From Myxococcota bacterium (GTDB lineage: Bacteria > Myxococcota_A > SURF-8), in contig OZ223209.1 of NCBI GenBank assembly GCA_965140415.1, positions 4,640,001 to 4,704,000 on the forward strand: a DNA stretch of 64,000 bases, read 5' to 3'. A program made the position numbers and the translations under genes. Every line of letters starts with the position of its first letter. The first letter of the stretch is position 1. Positions 39,270-49,530 of this stretch are shown here, piece by piece. Under the pieces are notes generated by a model, which saw nothing but the letters and a program-made list of their open reading frames with translations, was not told the DNA's origin and made no database searches.

Positions 39270-40958
39270 ATGTCTTATCTGGTCTTGGCGAGAAAGTACC
39301 GTCCGAGCAATTTCGAGGAAATCATCGGACAGCAGCACGTCACCCGCACGTTGCAAAACGCAGTCCGTTCCAATAAGGTTCACCACGCTTTTCTTTTTAC
39401 CGGAACGCGCGGCGTCGGTAAAACGACCACGGCCCGTGTGCTGGCCAAAGCGCTTTGCTGCCAGAACAGCGACGGCCCCACTGCCGAGCCTTGCGGCGAA
39501 TGTGCAAGCTGCAAGGGAATTGCGACGGGCAACTGGGTGGATGTCAACGAAATCGATGGTGCCAGCAGCAATAGCGTAAACGACGTGCGCGTGCTGCGCG
39601 ATAACGTGCAATATCGCCCGCAGCAATCCCGCTATAAAATCTACATCATCGATGAAGTGCATATGCTCTCCACGGCGGCCTTCAACGCGTTGTTGAAGAC
39701 CTTGGAAGAGCCGCCCGAACACGTCAAGTTCATGTTCGCCACCACCGAATCTCACAAAATTCCGCAGACGATTCTGTCCCGCTGCCAGCGCTACGATTTC
39801 AAATCGGTCGCAGCGGCGGAACTCGTAGAACTGTCCCGAACGCTGTGCGAACGCGAATCGATTCAGATTTCCGACGGCGGCCTGCGTATCGTGGCCCGTA
39901 TGGCGCGAGGCTCGGTACGCGACAACCTGTCGCTACTGGATAGCGTTATCGCCTACGGCGGAGAAAATGTCACCGACGAAGATGTCCGGCTGGTACTGGG
40001 TTTGGCGGATGCTGCGTTATTCAGCCGCATTACCCGTGCCCTGGTCGCCAGAGATGGCGCGGCGCTATTCGATGCGGTCGCCGATCTGGTTGATTACGGT
40101 CATGATATCCGCCAGTTCGGCTCCGATTTTTTAGAGTATCTGCGTGACATGCTGCTGGTCGCCACCGCACCCGCCTCGGCGAATCAGGTCGGTCGTCCGG
40201 AAGCGGAAGTAGCGGAAATCAAAGAGCTATCCAAGCAAGCAGAAGTCAGTGAATGGGTTGCCTGGTTCGATTTGATGGTGGAAGGCCAGGAGCGCATCGC
40301 CCGCAGCGAACAGGCGCGCTACATGCTGGAACTGACTTTGGCCAAAATGATCCAGGTCGGGAAATTGCGCTCAATCGACGATCTGTTGGCCGGGCTGGGC
40401 AAGCTGTCGCGCTCGATCGGAACGGGAAGCGCCGCCGCTGCGCCGCCGCCTGCAAGCCGTCGCGCACCCCGTCCTCGGAGCCTGGCAAACGATGAAAGCG
40501 GAGCTCCACCAAATAATGTTATTGACCTTCACCAATCGGAGCCGATGGAACAACAAGCCGCGCCGGGCAATTGGAAAGACCTGGTCTCCAGGGTGAAAAC
40601 ACAAAGCCGCACCTTGTGGGCGACGTTGAATAAAGTCGGCGTACTGGAATTTTCCGAAAATACCATCCGGCTGGAATGTCCGCGCGACACCATGGCCTGG
40701 CAGGAAATCGGAGACAAAGACGGGCGCCGCAAATTGGAACAGCTTTTTTCCAACATCTTCGGTCACCCCGTTTCGGTAACGGTGGAAGGCTGTGAAAACA
40801 AGGAAGCGCAGGCGCTAAGCCTGCACGAGGAAGCTCGCCGCCAGAAAAAAGAACACAGACAAGAAGTGACTCGTCATGGCGAGCAAGACCCGCAAGCACG
40901 TATCGTACAGGAAGTATTCGGCGGTGGTAAAATCGCCGTGAATGTCCGTAGAAAATAG
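39270..40958 (+). CDS. dnaX: DNA polymerase III subunit gamma/tau
   Basis: MSYLVLARKYRP, GTRGVGKTT, DEVHMLS..AFNALLKTLEEPP, SRCQ. Confidence 0.97.
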   Translation: MSYLVLARKYRPSNFEEIIGQQHVTRTLQNAVRSNKVHHAFLFTGTRGVGKTTTARVLAKALCCQNSDGPTAEPCGECASCKGIATGNWVDVNEIDGASSNSVNDVRVLRDNVQYRPQQSRYKIYIIDEVHMLSTAAFNALLKTLEEPPEHVKFMFATTESHKIPQTILSRCQRYDFKSVAAAELVELSRTLCERESIQISDGGLRIVARMARGSVRDNLSLLDSVIAYGGENVTDEDVRLVLGLADAALFSRITRALVARDGAALFDAVADLVDYGHDIRQFGSDFLEYLRDMLLVATAPASANQVGRPEAEVAEIKELSKQAEVSEWVAWFDLMVEGQERIARSEQARYMLELTLAKMIQVGKLRSIDDLLAGLGKLSRSIGTGSAAAAPPPASRRAPRPRSLANDESGAPPNNVIDLHQSEPMEQQAAPGNWKDLVSRVKTQSRTLWATLNKVGVLEFSENTIRLECPRDTMAWQEIGDKDGRRKLEQLFSNIFGHPVSVTVEGCENKEAQALSLHEEARRQKKEHRQEVTRHGEQDPQARIVQEVFGGGKIAVNVRRK

Positions 40959-41003
40959 CGCGGAACCGACCGCGTTTTTGACCCTTTTACAAGGAGATGA
41001 CGA

Positions 41004-41318
41004 ATGAAAGGCAACCTGAACCAGTTGATGCGCCAGGCGCAGCAGATGCAAGCCAAAATTGCCAAAATGCAGGAAGATCTGGCAAATGAAACCGCCGAAG
41101 GCCAATCGGGTGGCGGCATGGTGACGGCAGTCGTCAACGGCAAGCAGCAACTGATCAGCATCAAGCTGGAAAAAGACGTGGTGGACCCGGAAGACATCGA
41201 AATGCTGCAAGATCTGATCGTTGCAGCGGTCAATCAGGCCAGCAACAACATCCAGGAAAAAATCAACACCGAAATGAGTAAAGTCACCGGTGGAATGAAA
41301 ATTCCCGGATTGATGTAA
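41004..41318 (+). CDS. ybaB: YbaB/EbfC nucleoid-associated protein
   Basis: QAQQMQ, GGGMV, DIEMLQDLIVAAVN. Lies between dnaX and recR. Confidence 0.95.
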   Translation: MKGNLNQLMRQAQQMQAKIAKMQEDLANETAEGQSGGGMVTAVVNGKQQLISIKLEKDVVDPEDIEMLQDLIVAAVNQASNNIQEKINTEMSKVTGGMKIPGLM

Positions 41319-41324
41319 CCCGGT

Positions 41325-41924
41325 ATGTCGCCAGCCGATCCGATTCGTAAACTGATCCACGAGTTGTCGCGCCTGCCTGGTGTAGGCCGTAAGAGCGCCA
41401 CTCGACTGGCTTATTTTATCCTGCAAGATCCCAATGACTACGCCCTGAAACTGGCAGAGGTGCTGCAACAGGCCAAACAGGAAGTGGCGATCTGTTCGGT
41501 CTGCGGAAATTTGTCTGCCCAGCAACCCTGCCGGATCTGCTCCGATGCCTTGCGCGACGAGCATACACTCTGCGTGGTCGAGCACGTCCCCGACCTGCTG
41601 GCCATCGAAGCCAGCGGAGAATTCAAAGGACAGTATCACGTATTAAACGGCGTGATTTCTCCCTTAAACGGCATCGGCCCGGAACAGCTGCGCATAGGTG
41701 AACTGCTGCAACGTTGCGAACAACAGCCGGTGCGCGAAGTGATCGTCGCAACCAATCCGACTGTCGATGGCGAGGCGACAGCCTTGTATATCCGAAAAGT
41801 GCTGACCGATCGAAACGTGCGTATCACGCGGCTGGCTTCGGGAATTCCGATGGGCAGCGATATCGAGTACCTGGACCGGGTGACGTTGTCCCGCGCGCTT
41901 TTGGGGCGTGTGGAACTGGACTGA
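41325..41924 (+). CDS. recR: Recombination mediator RecR
   Basis: LPGVGRKSATRLA, C4 zinc finger, ATNPTVDGEATA, RLASGIPMG. Confidence 0.96.
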   Translation: MSPADPIRKLIHELSRLPGVGRKSATRLAYFILQDPNDYALKLAEVLQQAKQEVAICSVCGNLSAQQPCRICSDALRDEHTLCVVEHVPDLLAIEASGEFKGQYHVLNGVISPLNGIGPEQLRIGELLQRCEQQPVREVIVATNPTVDGEATALYIRKVLTDRNVRITRLASGIPMGSDIEYLDRVTLSRALLGRVELD

Positions 41925-41968
41925 AAGTCTCTGAACAACCAGCAAGATCATACGCAAGGGGAAACAGC

Positions 41969-42481
41969 ATGAGCGATGGACAAAAGCCGGAAAATCTTAC
42001 GCTTGCGTTGATTGTCGGTGTGATGGGCGGATCGCAATGCAGCAAGGAACAAGCTGAAGCCGCCTATCGCGTAGGGCAGCAAGTTGCCACACAGAACGCC
42101 GTGCTGCTTTGCGGCGGTGGTAGCGGCGTGATGGAAGCAGCGGCCAAAGGAGCAGCCGAAGCTGGCGGAATTACGGTAGGAGTTTTGTGGGGCGGCGACA
42201 AATCCAGCGCCAATCGATACATCCGAATTCCGATCGTGACCAATCTGGGCGATGCACGAAACCCGATCAACATTCTTTCCAGCGACCTCGTGGTGGCCAT
42301 CGGTGGCAGCGGAGGTACGCTGAGTGAAATCGCGTTGGCTTTGAAGAACGGAAAAGAAGTATTAGGCTATGATACCTGTGAGCCGATTTTCTCCGGTGGA
42401 CACAAACCGAACAATTTCATTAAGTTCAATACTATCGAAGACTTGTGCCTGGATTTGAGCAGGCGCTTGACAAGCCACTGA
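41969..42481 (+). CDS. LOG/DprA-like Rossmann protein (TIGR00725-type)
   Basis: CGGGSGVMEAAAKGA, TVGVL, RN..N..SSD, GGSGGTLSEIALA. Confidence 0.85.
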   Translation: MSDGQKPENLTLALIVGVMGGSQCSKEQAEAAYRVGQQVATQNAVLLCGGGSGVMEAAAKGAAEAGGITVGVLWGGDKSSANRYIRIPIVTNLGDARNPINILSSDLVVAIGGSGGTLSEIALALKNGKEVLGYDTCEPIFSGGHKPNNFIKFNTIEDLCLDLSRRLTSH

Positions 42482-42628
42482 ATTCCGCTTATATCTTTCC
42501 TACCAAAAAAGAAGGGAATGTTTGGGGGGCACGACCCGTCATAATGGGGTAAAGCTTTACTGACTCGGCGACCTGCAATTCAGGTCATCTTGCTGACAAG
42601 ATTTCAATAACGACGGAGGAACTCCAAC

Positions 42629-43078
42629 ATGAAGATTCGATTGATGATACTGGCATTATTGTCTGCGGCAGTGTTATTGCTTGCAAGCAGCGCGCTTTTT
42701 GCGGCTGAACTCGCTCCTGGCTCGGAAGAAGGAAAATCCGCCACGACTCAAGCTGAAGATACGACAGGCGGCTGCCCGCACGCCAAAGCGAAAAAGGCAG
42801 CGGCTAAAAGCGATTGCCCCTACGCCAAAGCCAGAGCAGAAAAAGAAGGTTCGGGCTGCGCCAAGGCAAAAAGTGGGGATTGCCCTTACGCCAAGGGCGA
42901 AAAGAGCGATTGTCCTCGTATGAAAGACGGCAAATCCTGTGAAGATTGCCCGAAGTACAAAGACGGCAGTTGCAAGGGATGTCCTTATGCCAAAGAGGGC
43001 AAGTCCTGCGAAGACTGTCCGAAGTACAAGGATGGAAGCTGCAAAGGCTGCAAAAAGAACAAAGCAGAAAAGAAGTAG
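42629..43078 (+). CDS. Secreted Cys/Lys-rich repeat protein
   Basis: GGAGG RBS, Sec signal peptide, CPYAK repeats and a duplicated GKSCEDCPKYKDGSCKGC. Confidence 0.75.
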   Translation: MKIRLMILALLSAAVLLLASSALFAAELAPGSEEGKSATTQAEDTTGGCPHAKAKKAAAKSDCPYAKARAEKEGSGCAKAKSGDCPYAKGEKSDCPRMKDGKSCEDCPKYKDGSCKGCPYAKEGKSCEDCPKYKDGSCKGCKKNKAEKK

Positions 43079-43121
43079 AAAGTAATTCTGCGGTATTGCA
43101 AGAAACACACGAAACGACCAC

Positions 43122-43163
43122 AAACGCGCCCCATTCAACACCTGGATGGGGCGTGTGTTTTTT
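43122..43163. terminator. Intrinsic terminator between convergent genes
   Basis: ACGCGCCCCATTCA...TGGATGGGGCGTGT followed by a T-run. Confidence 0.6.
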
Positions 43164-43180
43164 AGTGAAACTTCATACTG

Positions 43181-44086
43181 TTATTTGGGGGTATCCGCCT
43201 CGATGAAAATCTGTTTGGCTTCCGGCACAACCTGTTGAATATGGTTTTCTATCCGATCCACCAATGCCTCGATGGCATCCGTTTCCAGTCCATCGATAAA
43301 CGCCACATTCAGATTGACAAGCACTTCTTCCGGTCCCAGGTGCATCGTCAACAAGGTCAGTACCTGCTCGACTTCGTCGATGTCGTTTACGGTCTTTAAA
43401 ATACGCTCGTAATTTTCTTTACTTACCGCTTCACCGATCAGCAGACTCTTGATTTCAAAGGCTACGCTGAACGCCACCAGCGCCAATAACACACCGATAC
43501 AAACCGAGGCGATGCCATCGAAAATCAGATAGCCGGAATACGTGGCCAGTACAACACCGAGAAAAGCCAGAAATATTCCGCACATAGCCGCCGCATCTTC
43601 CATGAAGACGACGATCACCGCCGGGCGTTTGGATTCGTTCAAGGTACGCCACAGGGGCTGTTCGGGGTGGCTCTCACGCAAGGTCTTATACGCCAGAAAC
43701 AGCGGATAGCTTTCGAATAAGGCACTTAAGCCCAACACAAGGTAGATCCAGCCGACATGCTCGATTGGCTGCGGTTCGAGAATTTTATGGATGCCGTGAT
43801 ACAAACTCACCACCGCACCGACAACGAACATCGTGACAGCCACCATCAAGGCCCAGAAATAACGTTCTTGACCATAACCGAACGGATGGCGCACGTCGGC
43901 GGGACGCAAAGACAAGCGCATACCGACCAGCAGCAGGATCTGATTTCCGGTGTCGGCGGTGGAATGCACCGCTTCCGCGAAGAGTGCAGTGGAGCCCGAT
44001 AAAAACGCCACCACGAATTTAGACAAGGCTATCAACAGGTTACCGATTAACGCGGCGACCACGACTTTTTTCGATCCCTGGCTCAT
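43181..44086 (-). CDS. Cation diffusion facilitator family transporter
   Basis: AEAVHSTADTGNQ, HPFGYG, EDAAA, DG.ASV.IG, C-terminal dimerisation domain. Confidence 0.93.
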   Translation of the reverse strand: MSQGSKKVVVAALIGNLLIALSKFVVAFLSGSTALFAEAVHSTADTGNQILLLVGMRLSLRPADVRHPFGYGQERYFWALMVAVTMFVVGAVVSLYHGIHKILEPQPIEHVGWIYLVLGLSALFESYPLFLAYKTLRESHPEQPLWRTLNESKRPAVIVVFMEDAAAMCGIFLAFLGVVLATYSGYLIFDGIASVCIGVLLALVAFSVAFEIKSLLIGEAVSKENYERILKTVNDIDEVEQVLTLLTMHLGPEEVLVNLNVAFIDGLETDAIEALVDRIENHIQQVVPEAKQIFIEADTPK

Positions 44087-44136
44087 ATTCTCCCCATCTT
44101 GAAGGGACGAACGTCAAGCAAACGTAAAAAACGGAT

Positions 44137-45525
44137 TTATCTACAGCTAGGCGATTCGATCATCCAGATCTGCGGTTTTTCCGAGCCGTTGCAGAAGAAG
44201 CACTGTGAAGTACCAAGGTACAACTTATCGCGATATACGGCCATCGAAGGGAACCCGTAGTTGCGCTCGTCGCCGAAACCTTCCGGCGCCCAGCGGTCGT
44301 CTTCGCCCACAAGCTGCGAATAATCCAGACCGTTTCCAGACCGATACAGCGCCGCACCCTGTTGATAGGTGCTGAACAATGCCCCTTGATTCATGCAGCC
44401 CATCATCAGCGTATCGTCGAAGATTTCCAAAGCCCAACCGGTGCTCATGCGACCATCGCCGAAACCGTCGTCGCCGATCTTGTTAAAGTTGGCTCCATCC
44501 TTGGTGTAAAACACACCGAAACCGGTCAGTTGATTGCCGGTCGTAAACACTAGATTGCGCTTGAATAGCCGCATGGCTTCGATGCTGGTATGACCCGGAG
44601 GTACCGATTCGACATCCGCCAGGCCGACCAGTTGGGTATAATTCACACCGTCAAAGCGATACAGTTCCGCCGCAACGACGTTCGTGGTACCTGCGAAAAT
44701 ATAGCCCAGAAATTCGGTCATGGAACTGATGGCGGTATTGGAAGGGTTATCGAAGCCGCCTGTGACCCTGGTCATAAAACGACCGCTTTCCCACTTCAGG
44801 ATCTGACCGCCGCCGAAGGGATTTTCCGTTCCGACATAAAGGCTGCCATTGTAGCTCATCATCGAAGCGACGGCCCGATTTTCAGAGGCCCCAAAGCCAT
44901 AGTCGGCCATCAACTGCCAATTGGAACCGTCGGTGGTGTACCAGACTTCCGCACCGGTCACATAGTTCATCGTTCCTGCATACAGGCGACCATCATGAAC
45001 CACAAGCTCGCTAACGGCGAAATTATTCGGACTTTGCAGGCCGTCCGTCACCACGGTTTCCCAGCTTTGCCCGTCGTATACCAGAATCTCTGCGCCATGC
45101 GTACTGTTAGGGCGCTGACTGAAAACGCTGCCGCCTTCCCCGTTTAACGTTCCAACGTACAACTTGTCGTTGAATACGGCCATTGAATAAGCGATACGGT
45201 TCCAGGAATCCCCAACGCTATCATCCGATACCAGTGTTGCACAACGCACCAGCGGTTGTTTTTCGCTATCGATTACATCCAGATCGCCATCCGGCAACGG
45301 GGAATCCTCATCGCCACTGATGCCCTCCCCTTCCTGGTCCATATCGGAAGGAAGCTGGCCATCCCATTCGCTATCGCCATCGGACACTTCCGGTTCGTTG
45401 TATGCGTACATATCCGGCGGCATTTCGTGACAACCCTGCAATACCCACATTGAAAACAGCAGGAAACAACCGACCAGAACCGACGCTTTTGCAAAACTTC
45501 TCATTCCATCCATCCATTTCATCAC
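44137..45525 (-). CDS. Lipoprotein with DGD linker and beta-propeller repeats
   Basis: Lipobox LQGC. Repeats of 'GFG...N....SM..y.g.LYvGT.N...G..i'. Confidence 0.8.
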   Translation of the reverse strand: MMKWMDGMRSFAKASVLVGCFLLFSMWVLQGCHEMPPDMYAYNEPEVSDGDSEWDGQLPSDMDQEGEGISGDEDSPLPDGDLDVIDSEKQPLVRCATLVSDDSVGDSWNRIAYSMAVFNDKLYVGTLNGEGGSVFSQRPNSTHGAEILVYDGQSWETVVTDGLQSPNNFAVSELVVHDGRLYAGTMNYVTGAEVWYTTDGSNWQLMADYGFGASENRAVASMMSYNGSLYVGTENPFGGGQILKWESGRFMTRVTGGFDNPSNTAISSMTEFLGYIFAGTTNVVAAELYRFDGVNYTQLVGLADVESVPPGHTSIEAMRLFKRNLVFTTGNQLTGFGVFYTKDGANFNKIGDDGFGDGRMSTGWALEIFDDTLMMGCMNQGALFSTYQQGAALYRSGNGLDYSQLVGEDDRWAPEGFGDERNYGFPSMAVYRDKLYLGTSQCFFCNGSEKPQIWMIESPSCR

Positions 45526-45543
45526 GGCGCAAGGACGCCCGTT

Positions 45544-46083
45544 TCAGGATTGTTCTCGTTTCTTTTTGCGTTCCAGTTTATACCGTTGGCGGATTTGCAG
45601 CAATGCCTCATTGTATAAACCGCCCTTGAAATCGGGAAATCCCCATTCAAAGGGATAAAACGCTCCTTTTCGATAATAGAGCGTTGGGTCCGCATAAATA
45701 CCCCGATCCAGATAGATTTTCTGCCAGCCCGACTTGGCCGAGGCCAAGACAACCTTGAAGGTATCCATGTATCCGGGGTCCAAATTGATCGAGCGGCCTC
45801 CCTCGGAAAATAAAAACTCTTCCTCTAGCCGATTGCTTTCCAGTTTGACACTTACAATTTCCGCCGGATCGATCAGACGTTCGAAAGAAACGAACAAACG
45901 TCGGATGCCTGCTCCCATTTCCGGCTGATAGTAGTCGGTGGCATCGAAAACGAACGACTTGGAGGTGTAATCGATCGGACCAAAGCAGTCCCATAACCGC
46001 GCTTGCATGCGTTCCCAGTCGGCCTGTTCGGAAAGCAACACACCGCAGAATAGTTTGACCGGATCGACAGGTTGCGGTTGCAT
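45544..46083 (-). CDS. DUF4416 family protein
   Basis: TDYYQPEMG, RSINLDPGY, IYLDRGIYAD. Confidence 0.8.
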   Translation of the reverse strand: MQPQPVDPVKLFCGVLLSEQADWERMQARLWDCFGPIDYTSKSFVFDATDYYQPEMGAGIRRLFVSFERLIDPAEIVSVKLESNRLEEEFLFSEGGRSINLDPGYMDTFKVVLASAKSGWQKIYLDRGIYADPTLYYRKGAFYPFEWGFPDFKGGLYNEALLQIRQRYKLERKKKREQS

Positions 46084-46087
46084 AAAA

Positions 46088-46945
46088 TTAGATCTTTCGC
46101 TTGGGGCGCCGCTGATTCAGCAGATTGCGGGCCTGCTCGATTTTAGTGGCATCGATACCGAAAGCGTTGGATGCCTGCGAAGCCAGATCGACATTCAGAT
46201 TCGACTTGGCCACCCGGTCTCCCTGTATGGCGCGCAGATGCCGATTATGCAAATAGATCTGTCCCTGATCGGTCTGACGCGTAATCAGCAACTGATTCAT
46301 ATTGGGCCAGGAAAACGAGTCGTTCCAGCATTGAATGAACGTCGCCTTATCCGCCGGGCGGGGCTTCAATTCATAACGCAGATTCGGCTTTCCATTCCTC
46401 ATGCCGAACAAATGAAAGCGCCCGGTATCGCGATTATGCCGCAATGTCAAAGGTCCGCTCGGCGTTTGAATGATCGCGTCTCCATCCGGCAGTGTAACCG
46501 GTTCGTTGATCAGAAAACCGGGGTCCAGCAGGTAGGAACCATTGCCATGGTGAACCAGCAAAGCACAGTGACGATTCGGGCCACTTATCATATCCGCCAA
46601 TAACGGCTCGCTATGTACGCCGATTTCGGTCAAGACTTTCTGTAGAAAGTACGTCAACGAGTAGCAGGTGCCACCTAACCCATACGCAGCGTGATCTTCG
46701 ATAACCTCCAGCGGCGAGCGCCGCCAGTCGTCCGGGGTTTGCCCTGCGGTCGTTTTAAGCACCTTGGAAACATTTTCGTATGGTAACTGGCTGAATGCTT
46801 CCGCAATCTTGCCCAATCCAAGCAGGCTGTTCGCACTTGGATGAATACCGGTCAGATCGAAAAACAGATCCACTGCCTTTCGTTCCTGCTTTTGCTCCTC
46901 CACTTCCGAAATGGATCGCTGAAATTGGTTGTGCTTTACTTCCAT
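46088..46945 (-). CDS. Arylamine N-acetyltransferase family protein
   Basis: PYEN, GGTCY (Cys), RHCAL (His), LLDPG (Asp) catalytic triad. Confidence 0.85.
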   Translation of the reverse strand: MEVKHNQFQRSISEVEEQKQERKAVDLFFDLTGIHPSANSLLGLGKIAEAFSQLPYENVSKVLKTTAGQTPDDWRRSPLEVIEDHAAYGLGGTCYSLTYFLQKVLTEIGVHSEPLLADMISGPNRHCALLVHHGNGSYLLDPGFLINEPVTLPDGDAIIQTPSGPLTLRHNRDTGRFHLFGMRNGKPNLRYELKPRPADKATFIQCWNDSFSWPNMNQLLITRQTDQGQIYLHNRHLRAIQGDRVAKSNLNVDLASQASNAFGIDATKIEQARNLLNQRRPKRKI

Positions 46946-46966
46946 TCTTCGTAATCCATTTACCCG

Positions 46967-49393
46967 CTACGGCTGCGCCTCGACCAGATACAAGCGCCAG
47001 GTGTTCAATCGTCCAACATCATTGGCCTGCGTATCTTCCACCTGCAAACGCCATTGTCCCTGGGCGCTCATTCCGGCCAGATCGAACAAACTTCCCGGAC
47101 CGCTGGGATCGAGATAAATTCCGTATACCGTAACCAGATTCGCTCCGCTGCCGGTTCCATCGAACAAGCGGACTTTGCGGTTATCCGGGGCAATCAAATC
47201 GATCAGCAGGTTACGCACCTTGGGATGCGTGATCGAAATTCCCACATACAAGGCGCCGATTTCGACATCCTGATCAATCGTGATCGTACTTGACACACCA
47301 CCCGGCTTGTTATCCGGAATCTCTATCGGGAATTCATCTTCGCTAATGAAGATCTCACCCGGCACCGTATCGGAAACCTGCACCGGTACGGCGCTGGCTT
47401 CCACGGTCGGATCCTGTGGCGTAACCACAACGTAAACCTGACGATTCGGAGCATTCTCCGCAGCGCGCACCACGCCAAGACGCGATACGCTCACCACACC
47501 GGGAGCGGTAGAATAGTAGGAACAGCGACTATTCAAGCTCATCGTCACCAAAGGGAACAACGGCTCGAACAGGCCACTCACTGTCAGCAGACGCTGCTGG
47601 GAAGGCAGAAGGTTGACGACAGCCGGGCGCACGTCATAGCCACTTAGCCCACTGATGCGCAACTCGTAGCTACCGGTCTTGTGGGTCAGCAGAGCAGCGG
47701 GAGCGGCAGAAATCTTTACCCGAACGCGGCCATCTACCGGACAGGTAAGCAACAAGCGTTCGCTTTGCTGAGTAAATCCATCATTCGCGCTTGCCAACAC
47801 CGTAGTATCGTCCTGCTCATACACGGTAATCACCGGATCCAGTGAAGAAGCCTCGGCATCGATATCGACACCCAGCAACAGAATACGGTTCTTTTCACAG
47901 GAAAGCCTGTAGTAGTCTTCATCCCCGATTTCGCGCAGACGGCCACTTGTTTGTACAGGCGCTTCCGCGATAGTCTCCGTAACACCTCCACCGGGACGGA
48001 AGGGCAATGGACCCACGACATTATTGCTGCGATCCGGATCGGGAATCGTGTAGTCGGCATCGGCCTCCAGCCATACCGACCACACATCAAGGGGCGGGTT
48101 GGGAAAACGAAAGACTGCCGTCTCTCGTTCTCCCGCAAGCAATTCACTGTATACCGCGCTGCGATAGGCAGGAGCCTGCGGCTGTTCTTCCCCATACAGG
48201 AAGGCATCCAACTGGATATTTCGTGCCGGATCAGGACCGGCATTGTATAACTCGGCTGAAATCACGCTGATATTGCTGTCGGCATCGTGCTCGATCGAAA
48301 CGTTACCGACCTGCACATCCGCAGACTGACTCTGCGCGCCACTGACTTTCAATGTGAACTGACCACCGCGATTCTCCCAGCTATCCACCACCAGGTAATA
48401 GGTAGCGGTTTCTGGTGCAGTGAAGTCCAGACTATCCGACATCGAAGCACAACACTCATCGGAACCGGTCAGGCAGCTATCCGCCGGACGTTCGCAGTCG
48501 GCAAATAAGTAGATGGCTGGATCGAAATGTTGCGTCAATGAAGTTACCGTCGCATGAATCGCCTGCCCTTGCTGCAACTGAATGCGATACACACGATCCG
48601 GGCCAAGCATGGGCACACCGGAAGTTTCCCAGCAACTGGAATCGACTTCAATTGCGTTGATGGTCTCCGTGCTATCACCCGTAACAAGCTCGTTCAATGC
48701 AATTTCGGGAGCATCGCTGCACACGGAAACACAGGCACCATCTTGACAAGTTTGCGGCGGGCGACAGATACTTTGCAGCGTGTACTGCGTACCTTCCGGA
48801 CTACAGGAAAACACATCACCCGACTGACATTGAACCTGTCCCGGCTCACAGATGATGTCGTAGCAGTTATCGATAGCGCAGATTTGTCCAACCGGACAAA
48901 TTTCGCGGGTGTACGAATACCCATCGGCATTGCAGGTCAACAGTTTGTTGGTCAGGCAGATTCTTTCTCCAGGTGTACAACTCTCTATTGGTGGCGGCTC
49001 GAAATCGATCTCGGCAAACACGTCTTCCTGATCCAGATCGCCGTCGGAAAGCTCCTCTCCGTCGTTCTGCTCGAACGCATCCACTTCCAAATCACCGTCT
49101 ACAATGCTGTCCGGCTCTTCATCCGCAAGTTCCGCATCCGGCTCCAATTCGAGCTCACCCTCGATTTCGGAGTCAACCACATCGACTTCTTCATCGCCAT
49201 CCGTAACAGGGATCACGATTTCGTCGCTGTCGGTCGCATCGAAATCGCCGTCAACGTCATCCGTTCCGTCCGAACCACAGCCGGATGCCACCAGAACCAG
49301 TAAGGCTCCTAGCAGCAGCAACCAACAGCGGTTTTGAGCCAGTCCGATTATATTTGAATGCGTTGTCATTATGCTCGTCCCGAAAATTGCCAT
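46967..49393 (-). CDS. Multidomain lipoprotein: DGD linker, Cys modules, PPC-like domains, CARDB/Ig-like, C-terminal proprotein-convertase P domain
   Basis: Lipobox ASGC. DRVY...FDPAIYL...TYYLVVD, DEDYY, IPDN...ITH...L.IDLIAP...G.W.L.V.D...D.G.L..W.L. Confidence 0.82.
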   Translation of the reverse strand: MAIFGTSIMTTHSNIIGLAQNRCWLLLLGALLVLVASGCGSDGTDDVDGDFDATDSDEIVIPVTDGDEEVDVVDSEIEGELELEPDAELADEEPDSIVDGDLEVDAFEQNDGEELSDGDLDQEDVFAEIDFEPPPIESCTPGERICLTNKLLTCNADGYSYTREICPVGQICAIDNCYDIICEPGQVQCQSGDVFSCSPEGTQYTLQSICRPPQTCQDGACVSVCSDAPEIALNELVTGDSTETINAIEVDSSCWETSGVPMLGPDRVYRIQLQQGQAIHATVTSLTQHFDPAIYLFADCERPADSCLTGSDECCASMSDSLDFTAPETATYYLVVDSWENRGGQFTLKVSGAQSQSADVQVGNVSIEHDADSNISVISAELYNAGPDPARNIQLDAFLYGEEQPQAPAYRSAVYSELLAGERETAVFRFPNPPLDVWSVWLEADADYTIPDPDRSNNVVGPLPFRPGGGVTETIAEAPVQTSGRLREIGDEDYYRLSCEKNRILLLGVDIDAEASSLDPVITVYEQDDTTVLASANDGFTQQSERLLLTCPVDGRVRVKISAAPAALLTHKTGSYELRISGLSGYDVRPAVVNLLPSQQRLLTVSGLFEPLFPLVTMSLNSRCSYYSTAPGVVSVSRLGVVRAAENAPNRQVYVVVTPQDPTVEASAVPVQVSDTVPGEIFISEDEFPIEIPDNKPGGVSSTITIDQDVEIGALYVGISITHPKVRNLLIDLIAPDNRKVRLFDGTGSGANLVTVYGIYLDPSGPGSLFDLAGMSAQGQWRLQVEDTQANDVGRLNTWRLYLVEAQP

Positions 49394-49530
49394 AACCCTA
49401 TATTAATAGCGTAGTTGGCTTCCGGCTGCAAGCAAATGAAAGGATAGAAAGTGAATCGGGTAGGAATGTCGGATCAGATCAACCGTTTTTCAAAACCCGG
49501 ATTCGAGAATACGACCGTATTCTCACCGAC

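Noticed and set aside
40844-40851. A-run in dnaX as a programmed -1 frameshift site
   Set aside because: It is phased CAG AAA AAA GAA rather than A AAA AAG, and lies only about 35 codons from the stop.
42490-42620. Riboswitch in the leader of the Cys/Lys-rich gene
   Set aside because: Only a small hairpin (GACCTG...CAGGTC) and no recognisable aptamer consensus. An Rfam scan would be needed.
42930-43055. CxxC repeats as c-type heme sites
   Set aside because: None is followed by His (no CxxCH).
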